64,000 nt of DNA from an uncultured Ignavibacteriaceae bacterium (GTDB lineage: Bacteria; Bacteroidota; Ignavibacteria; Ignavibacteriales; Ignavibacteriaceae). The position numbers were made by a program, and so were the translations under genes. Numbering within the stretch: the stretch's first letter is position 1; every line of letters begins with the position of its first letter. Of this stretch, positions 58,101-64,000 are shown one piece after another. The stretch lies in assembly GCA_964431385.1 (NCBI GenBank), contig CAYSJM010000002.1, forward strand, positions 4,242 to 68,241. Direction: 5' to 3'. The notes under the pieces were generated by a model, which ran no database searches, was not told where the DNA came from, and worked only from the letters and a program-made list of their open reading frames with translations.

Positions 58101-58742
58101 ATGAAAAATGAACTCACAGAGAGACAAAAAGCGATATTGGTTTTTGTCTCACAGTTTATCGGGAACAATGGATATGCTCCCACAGTAAGAGAGATAGCAT
58201 CGCATTTTGGATTCAATTCTCCAAGCGGAGCAAAGAAGCATCTGGATACTCTTTACAAAAAAGGATACCTCAATATGAGCAGCAATGTGAGTAGAAGTAT
58301 CTCAATTAAAGAGGAAGCCGGATTTGATCAGGAGATACAGTCGAAGATTGATTCCGCAGTTAATATTCCTGTTGTTGGAAGGGTAGCCGCCGGATTGCCC
58401 ATACTTGCAGAGCAAAACCTCGAAGGAAGTATCGTAATAGATTCAGTTTTCGTGAGAACCACTGACGATTGTTACGCATTAAAGGTAAAAGGTGAGAGTA
58501 TGGTGAATGCAGGAATATACGAAGGGGATATCGTGGTAGTATCGCCAAAAAAACCTGTTCATAATTATGACATCGTCGTTGCTATGGTTGATGGTGAAGC
58601 TACTGTAAAAAGATTTTTAAAAAAGGATGGCAAAACAACCCTGGTACCGGAAAACGATGCTTATCCTGTAATCGAAATCAAACCAACGAGTGATTTTTCC
58701 ATTGCCGGAAAAGTTGTTGGTGTTTTAAGGTGGTATAACTAA
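58101..58742 (+). CDS. lexA: SOS repressor LexA
   Basis: N-terminal winged HTH (LTERQKAILVFV..GYAPTVREIA), Ala-Gly cleavage site (GRVAAGLP), and the Ser/Lys dyad (KGESMVNAGI .. ATVKRF). Confidence 0.9.
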   Translation: MKNELTERQKAILVFVSQFIGNNGYAPTVREIASHFGFNSPSGAKKHLDTLYKKGYLNMSSNVSRSISIKEEAGFDQEIQSKIDSAVNIPVVGRVAAGLPILAEQNLEGSIVIDSVFVRTTDDCYALKVKGESMVNAGIYEGDIVVVSPKKPVHNYDIVVAMVDGEATVKRFLKKDGKTTLVPENDAYPVIEIKPTSDFSIAGKVVGVLRWYN

Positions 58743-58748
58743 GGAGTT

Positions 58749-59000
58749 ATGATGAAAACAGAGATTTTAAGTAAAGCAATAAAAAACAGAAACAGAATTC
58801 GATTTTATTATGCAATGGAGCAGATGGTAATCGATCCGTATATCATCTCTTGCGATAGAGAGGGTAAAAAGACCATATATGGAAAAATTAATGAGACTGA
58901 TACGGTGCAAAAATTTGAGTTTAAAAAAATCTACAACATCAAAATTCTTGAGAACGAACAATTCGCACCAAGAGTCGTCAACGCAACTCGCTACCGTTAA
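58749..59000 (+). CDS. Small stand-alone WYL-like (Sm/SH3-like barrel) protein; function unknown
   Basis: 83 aa. AAGGAG overlaps the lexA stop. The pattern IRFYY..MVIDPYIIS..KKTIYGK..QKFEFKKIYNIKILENEQF matches the general WYL-domain consensus as I remember it. Confidence 0.4.
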   Translation: MMKTEILSKAIKNRNRIRFYYAMEQMVIDPYIISCDREGKKTIYGKINETDTVQKFEFKKIYNIKILENEQFAPRVVNATRYR

Positions 59001-59013
59001 CTAACTGGAGAAA

Positions 59014-59463
59014 ATGATGCAGAATTTGAATAAAAGAGATCTTACCGACAAACTTTATTTTAAGTTGCGGGCAAGTGGATATTCCACTTTGGGAAGAAGG
59101 TACGGCACTTACATCCCTGATCCACCGGATATTGGTGAGTTTCAGATAGATATTTTGGCTAAACAGAAAAAAGAATTTGCGATCGGTATCGTTATCGATG
59201 ATCTTTCGGGAATGGATATGGAATTTCTGCGAAAAAAGATAAAGTTTCTGGCAGAGAGAAAATCAACTTATAGTGGCAACCCGGTGAAACTTTTTATTGC
59301 AGTAGCCAGGAAGAATTATTTCCTGATTAAACATCTGGTCGAGACTGATCTTGTAGCCATGGCACAAAATATCGAGCTTATGTTATGTGAGCCCGAAGCT
59401 GACATTTTATTCAACGAAGCACTTGCGAAAGCAAAAACTCAATTCCCCCGGTTTATTAATTAG
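59014..59463 (+). CDS. Hypothetical 149-aa cytoplasmic protein; last gene of the lexA operon
   Basis: GGAG lies 4 nt upstream and the gene starts 13 bp after the previous stop. Alpha/beta pattern, with no TM, no signal peptide and no motif I can name. Confidence 0.4.
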   Translation: MMQNLNKRDLTDKLYFKLRASGYSTLGRRYGTYIPDPPDIGEFQIDILAKQKKEFAIGIVIDDLSGMDMEFLRKKIKFLAERKSTYSGNPVKLFIAVARKNYFLIKHLVETDLVAMAQNIELMLCEPEADILFNEALAKAKTQFPRFIN

Positions 59464-59623
59464 CTAAAAAGGGAAAAAACTAAGAATCTTCTTTCTTTTT
59501 GACTTTTTTAGCAAAAAAATTATTCAGATGTTTGCTAATTGTTAAAGTAATTTGTTTTTCCGTCGAAAAATATTTAAAATTCCTTTCTTTGAATTTTTAT
59601 TTTTTTAACTAACCGGTCCACAG

Positions 59624-60406
59624 TTGGGCAAAGCAAATATCAGTACATCTCAAACAGAATCTAAAACACTGAATACTCATAGTGAAATACCACGCCACAT
59701 AGCCATCATAATGGATGGAAACGGGCGTTGGGCTAAAAGTAACAACCTTCCTCGAATTGCAGGTCACCGTGAGGGAGTTGAGTCCGTAAGAGAAATAGTA
59801 AGAGCCAGTGCCAAAGCCGGTGTAAAGTATCTTACCCTCTACACCTTTTCAACAGAGAATTGGAAACGCCCTAAAACTGAAGTCACGACTTTAATGCGAC
59901 TTCTTGTTAAAGTTCTCAGAAGAGAGATCCAGGAACTTCATAATAATGATGTGAAGTTAATGGCAATTGGTGATATCTGCTCACTTCCTGCTGAGGTTCA
60001 ACACGAACTCTCTGATGCGATCGAAAAAACAAAAGACAACAAAACACTCACTCTCGTTTTAGCCTTAAGCTATAGCGGGCGATGGGAGATAATTGATGCC
60101 GTAAAAGGAATTGTAAAAGATTTACAAGACGGTAAAATTAACGAGAGTGAAATAAAAATTGAAACATTCTCAAAATACTTAAATACAAAAAACATTCCTG
60201 ATCCCGATCTACTCATCCGTACCAGTGGAGAAATGCGAATAAGCAATTTTCTTCTCTGGCAATTGGCGTACTCTGAAATCTATATAACCCCAGTTTTTTG
60301 GCCACAATTCAGAACAAAAGAATTGATGGATGCAATAGAGGATTATTCAAGACGCGAAAGAAGATTTGGCAAGGTCAGTGAACAATTACAAAAGCAAAGG
60401 CAATAA
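59624..60406 (+). CDS. uppS: Undecaprenyl-diphosphate synthase (TTG start)
   Basis: HIAIIMDGNGRWA, TLYTFSTENWKRP, IRTSGEMRISNFLLWQLAYSE and RRFG. Confidence 0.9.
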   Translation: MGKANISTSQTESKTLNTHSEIPRHIAIIMDGNGRWAKSNNLPRIAGHREGVESVREIVRASAKAGVKYLTLYTFSTENWKRPKTEVTTLMRLLVKVLRREIQELHNNDVKLMAIGDICSLPAEVQHELSDAIEKTKDNKTLTLVLALSYSGRWEIIDAVKGIVKDLQDGKINESEIKIETFSKYLNTKNIPDPDLLIRTSGEMRISNFLLWQLAYSEIYITPVFWPQFRTKELMDAIEDYSRRERRFGKVSEQLQKQRQ

Positions 60407-62916
60407 TGATGAGATTCCTCTTTTCGGGATTGAAATTTTCATTTTTCATATTTTTTACAGTCTTGTGTATCCCGTCTGCTTACGCTCAGATAAATACTTC
60501 GTACTATAAAGTCCTTTCAGTTTCTGTAGAGGGAAATGTTACTGCAGACGCTAATACAATTATTGAATATTCCGGACTGAAAAAAATTAAGGATACCGGA
60601 AGAGAAATACAGATTCCGGGTGATGAAACCATTAGTGCCGTGAAAAATTTGTGGGATTTAAGAATATTCTCTGATATTCAATTAATTATCGAAAAATATT
60701 TTGAAAATGGAGTCTTTCTTAAAATAAAAGTTTCTGAGTATCCAAGATTTGAACAGCTGGTGCTTCAGGGGAATTCTGAACTCAGCAAATCTGAGTTGGA
60801 AGAAATGATTTCCCTGGTTCGCGGGCAGATTCTTAAACCACAAGAATTGATTAGAATAAAAAACAAAATCGTTGATGCATACACTAAAGAAGGCTACCTG
60901 AACACCAAGGTAGATGTAATTTATTACGATTTCCTTTCTATCGACTCCCTTTCGAACAAACTTACTGTAACCTGGCGAAATCAAAAAGATTTCTCTGATG
61001 AAATTACCACAACCTATGATGATCTACAAGGTGTAAACCGAAACCTCTCCGATAAGATAAAAGTTAGAAAATTAGTCAAATTTAAAATCGAGGAAAACAG
61101 CAGACTAAGCGTAAGAAAGATTCACTTCACAGGAAACAGCTTTTATTCTGAAGATGATCTAAAAAGTGAACTTGAAGAACTTTCTGAAAAGACCTGGTGG
61201 AAATTCTGGAGCAGTGCAAGATACGAACCTGAAAAGGTGAAAAAAGATAAAGAAACACTTTTGAAGTTTTTGAATAAGAACGGTTTCAGGGATGCTGAAA
61301 TTCTTTCTGATTCGCTGGTTTATACTGATGACAAATCGATGGTTGATGTTTACTTCAACATTCTCGAGGGATCCCGGTATAAATTAAGAAATATCGTTTG
61401 GGAAGGGAACACAGTTTACAATTCCGAAGTATTAAATGAGAGATTAGGATTTAAATCGGGAGATATCTACGATTTAATCTCGTTTAATCAAAATTTAAGG
61501 GGCAATGAGAAGCAAAATGATGTAGCTTCATTATACCTTGATAATGGTTATTTAACCTTTACAGTGAATGCCGTAGAGAAGAAAGTTTCAAAAGATTCAC
61601 TCGATGTTTTCATCTCAGTGAATGAAAATAATCAGTTTAAGATTGGAAAAGTTTCTATAAAAGGAAACGACAAGACAAAGGAAAAAGTAATCCGACGGGA
61701 ATTATATACTGTCCCAAGTGACTTTTTCAATAAAGCTGCTATGATCAGAAGTTTACAGCAGCTCGCTAACTTGCAATATTTTAATGTTGAGAAATTGTAT
61801 AAAGAGGGTGTTGACTATAACCTCGAAAACGACAGCACAGTGAATGTCGCGTTCATTGTTGAAGAAAAGTCAAGCGATTATTTAAATGCATCCATTGGCT
61901 ATAGTGGTTCATTTGGCTTTTCGGGAGCGATTGGCGTAACACTGAATAATTTTTCGATTGCTGAACCGTTTCAATTGGGTGCCGGACAGATTTTGAGCTT
62001 CAATTGGCAGTTTGGCGTTGGTAACCTGTACAGAACCTTCTCGTTTGGTTTTACAGAACCCTGGTTTATGAATTCTCCAACTCTTGTAGGATTTGATCTG
62101 TTTTCGACGAGACAGAGTTATATATATGATCTTTTCCAGGCTGGCGGGTCTGTAAAAGTTGGTCGACGCTTAAAATGGCCTGATGATTATTTTTATATTC
62201 AGGGCTTTTTCAGATATCAGAACAACAATGTTCTTAACGGTGGTGGATTTTATAGAGAAGGTGAATCAGAGCAATTTACTCTTGGTTTTACTTTGAACAG
62301 AAAAGATGTAGATAATCCAATTTTCCCTTCAAAGGGGTCGTCACTTACATGGTCATCTGAAATTTCCGGTGGACCCTTTTTACCGGGAACTGTGGATTAC
62401 TTCAAAATGACACTTACCACAGAATGGTATAAAAGATTGTTTAATTCCAATCGCTTTGCTCTCTATTTAAGCAGCGATATGGGTTATATCGAAGAACTTA
62501 AGAAGAATACTACTATCCAACCGTTTGAATTGTTTTACATGGGCGGTGCCGGTTTAGTAATTGCCACCACATCCCTAAGAGGTTATGACGACAGAACCGT
62601 TGGACCAAAACAAGCGAGTGGTGATGTAATTGGTGGCAGGATGTTCTTTAAATATATTGCTGAGCTAAGGTTCGCGGTTTCACTCGATCCTATGCCGCTT
62701 TATATTTTAGCATTTGCAGAGGCAGGTAATGTTTTTGAAAATATCACGACTGCGGATCCGTTTAAGCTACGGCGAAGTGCAGGTTTTGGAGCCAGAATCC
62801 TAATCAATCCTGTTGGTTTACTTGGATTTGATCTTGGATATGGCTTCGACCGAAGAGAGGTTGATGGTACTGATCCCAAATGGCAGTTCCACTTTCAATT
62901 CGGTAAAGGTTTTTAA
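60406..62916 (+). CDS. bamA: Outer membrane protein assembly factor BamA
   Basis: 836 aa with a signal peptide, POTRA repeats (e.g. IHFTGNSFYSEDDLKSEL, IVWEGNTVYNSEVLNERL, VSIKGNDKTKEKVIRREL) and an Omp85 barrel ending ..WQFHFQFGKGF. Its start overlaps the uppS stop. Confidence 0.9.
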   Translation: MMRFLFSGLKFSFFIFFTVLCIPSAYAQINTSYYKVLSVSVEGNVTADANTIIEYSGLKKIKDTGREIQIPGDETISAVKNLWDLRIFSDIQLIIEKYFENGVFLKIKVSEYPRFEQLVLQGNSELSKSELEEMISLVRGQILKPQELIRIKNKIVDAYTKEGYLNTKVDVIYYDFLSIDSLSNKLTVTWRNQKDFSDEITTTYDDLQGVNRNLSDKIKVRKLVKFKIEENSRLSVRKIHFTGNSFYSEDDLKSELEELSEKTWWKFWSSARYEPEKVKKDKETLLKFLNKNGFRDAEILSDSLVYTDDKSMVDVYFNILEGSRYKLRNIVWEGNTVYNSEVLNERLGFKSGDIYDLISFNQNLRGNEKQNDVASLYLDNGYLTFTVNAVEKKVSKDSLDVFISVNENNQFKIGKVSIKGNDKTKEKVIRRELYTVPSDFFNKAAMIRSLQQLANLQYFNVEKLYKEGVDYNLENDSTVNVAFIVEEKSSDYLNASIGYSGSFGFSGAIGVTLNNFSIAEPFQLGAGQILSFNWQFGVGNLYRTFSFGFTEPWFMNSPTLVGFDLFSTRQSYIYDLFQAGGSVKVGRRLKWPDDYFYIQGFFRYQNNNVLNGGGFYREGESEQFTLGFTLNRKDVDNPIFPSKGSSLTWSSEISGGPFLPGTVDYFKMTLTTEWYKRLFNSNRFALYLSSDMGYIEELKKNTTIQPFELFYMGGAGLVIATTSLRGYDDRTVGPKQASGDVIGGRMFFKYIAELRFAVSLDPMPLYILAFAEAGNVFENITTADPFKLRRSAGFGARILINPVGLLGFDLGYGFDRREVDGTDPKWQFHFQFGKGF

Positions 62917-62942
62917 TTTATTTATACAAAAAGGAAATAGAA

Positions 62943-63467
62943 GTGAAAAAACTAATTGTTCTATCGCTGTTTTTAATTCTCGGTGCATCAGTTTATGCGC
63001 AGAATACACTTAAGGTTGCAATTGTTGATGCAGACCTTATCTTACAGCAATTACCTGAAGCAATAAAAGCAAATGGAGACCTTAAAGCTCTCGAGACAAA
63101 ATTCAAAAGTGAACTCGATTCCATTGGTCAGGCTTTTGGAAAAGAAGTAGAAGCTTTTCAAAAAGAGTTTCAGAACAAACCAAATGATCCTAAAGCTAAA
63201 GAAAAACAGATTCAACTTGCAAATAAGCAGAAAAGCATTGAAGATCTTCAGGCAAAAAGAAGAGAAGATTTGTTGACAAAACAAGATGAATTATTAAAAC
63301 CTATCTATGAAAAACTTTATGACAACATAGCCATTACCGCTAAAGAAGAGGGAATGCACTATGTACTTAACAAAAAATCAGGACAGGATCCAATCGTTTT
63401 ATACGCAGATGTTCAGTTCGATCTTACCTATAAAGTTTTGGATAAGATTAGAAAATCAGGTAAATAA
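62943..63467 (+). CDS. skp: Periplasmic chaperone Skp/OmpH (copy 1; GTG start)
   Basis: Signal peptide, LKVAIVDADLILQQLPE, and a long charged coiled-coil. Its position directly after bamA also fits. Confidence 0.75.
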   Translation: MKKLIVLSLFLILGASVYAQNTLKVAIVDADLILQQLPEAIKANGDLKALETKFKSELDSIGQAFGKEVEAFQKEFQNKPNDPKAKEKQIQLANKQKSIEDLQAKRREDLLTKQDELLKPIYEKLYDNIAITAKEEGMHYVLNKKSGQDPIVLYADVQFDLTYKVLDKIRKSGK

Positions 63468-63486
63468 TTTTAAAGAGTAAATAGCG

Positions 63487-63993
63487 ATGAAACTTAAGTT
63501 TATCATCCTTCTGATTGCACTTTCAACCACCGGTTTGTTCGCACAACTCAAGATTGGTTATGTTGACTCAGATGCAATTATGAAAAATCTTCCCGATGCT
63601 GAAGATGCAAGGCGGCAATTAGACGCATTGATAGTCGAATGGCAAAACGAGATTTCGAAGTTTGAATCTGATATCAGAACTAAAAAAGAGGATTTTGAGA
63701 AGAGGAAGTTGATTCTTACTGATCAAATGAAATCTGATATCGAAGCTGAAATAAAACAGTTGGAAAAAGACCTTGAAGCTTACCGTACCAAAAAATTTGG
63801 TACCGGTGGTGAACTCTTCCTCAAACAGGATGAGGTTATGAAACCGGTTCAAAACAAGGTATTTAACGCTATTCAGCAGGTTGCAAAAGATGAAGATCTC
63901 GATTTTATACTCGACCGCAGCGGGGCAGTGATGATACTCTTTGCTAAAGAAAAATTCGATGTTACTTCAAAAGTTTTGGACAAGTTAAAATAA
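63487..63993 (+). CDS. skp: Periplasmic chaperone Skp/OmpH (copy 2)
   Basis: Signal peptide, LKIGYVDSDAIMKNLPD, and a coiled-coil arm. It is a paralogue of the preceding gene. Confidence 0.75.
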   Translation: MKLKFIILLIALSTTGLFAQLKIGYVDSDAIMKNLPDAEDARRQLDALIVEWQNEISKFESDIRTKKEDFEKRKLILTDQMKSDIEAEIKQLEKDLEAYRTKKFGTGGELFLKQDEVMKPVQNKVFNAIQQVAKDEDLDFILDRSGAVMILFAKEKFDVTSKVLDKLK

Positions 63994-64000
63994 TGTCAGT

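Noticed and set aside
59014-59463. Calling the 149-aa lexA-operon protein a PD-(D/E)xK nuclease.
   Set aside because: Only the first strand (IDILAK) resembles the fold. The expected (D/E)-x-K strand reads GIVIDD. The evidence is insufficient without structure or profile searches.
59463-59512. Possible terminator hairpin after the lexA operon (GCTAAAAAG ... CTTTTTTAGC).
   Set aside because: The arms are almost pure A/T with a bulge, the loop is ~31 nt, and no T-run follows on the coding strand. It is too weak to call.
62943-63993. Tandem duplication of skp/ompH after bamA as something unusual.
   Set aside because: As far as I recall, two adjacent OmpH-family genes downstream of bamA is the usual arrangement in Bacteroidota/Chlorobiota-type genomes. 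The copies are diverged paralogues, not a recent repeat.

Overview
This is an AT-rich, very gene-dense chromosomal segment. I call 53 CDS. I could not recognise any rRNA, tRNA, CRISPR array, transposase or integrase. The content looks like core genome of an FCB-superphylum bacterium: type IX secretion (T9SS) genes porU/porV/porQ, T9SS C-terminal sorting domains, and uppS-bamA followed by two skp genes. Clear Shine-Dalgarno motifs (GGAGG before porV, AAGGAG before hemB), a chemoreceptor and a LexA regulon fit an Ignavibacteriota/Chlorobiota-like lineage better than Bacteroidia; this placement is inference only. Housekeeping blocks are menB-menA-menE, rsmE, punA-nupC, htpG, gltA, hemB-hemL, nth, der, rel, ruvX, panD, rsfS, argS, comF, surE, lexA, uppS, bamA and skp. 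I found no classical defence-island or mobile-element signature. The four most unusual places are listed here. (1) The string of genes directly after porU-porV holds a T9SS-tagged M6-like protein whose HExxH zinc site reads STVAS. It also holds a fusion of zinc-peptidase motif, TolB-like propeller repeats and an Omp85-like barrel, then a DUF5683-like protein and an MBOAT + SGNH acyltransferase pair. (2) The lexA operon has a TGTAC-N4-GTACA palindrome inside a near-consensus promoter. It carries two tightly coupled small ORFs, one WYL-like and one unknown. (3) A cytoplasmic regulator has a degenerate histidine-kinase core fused to REC and an AraC HTH. (4) A binding-protein gene overlaps a Cache-type chemoreceptor gene, next to a sensor-less REC-histidine-kinase and porQ. 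All functional calls come from motif reading by eye. No database search was run.
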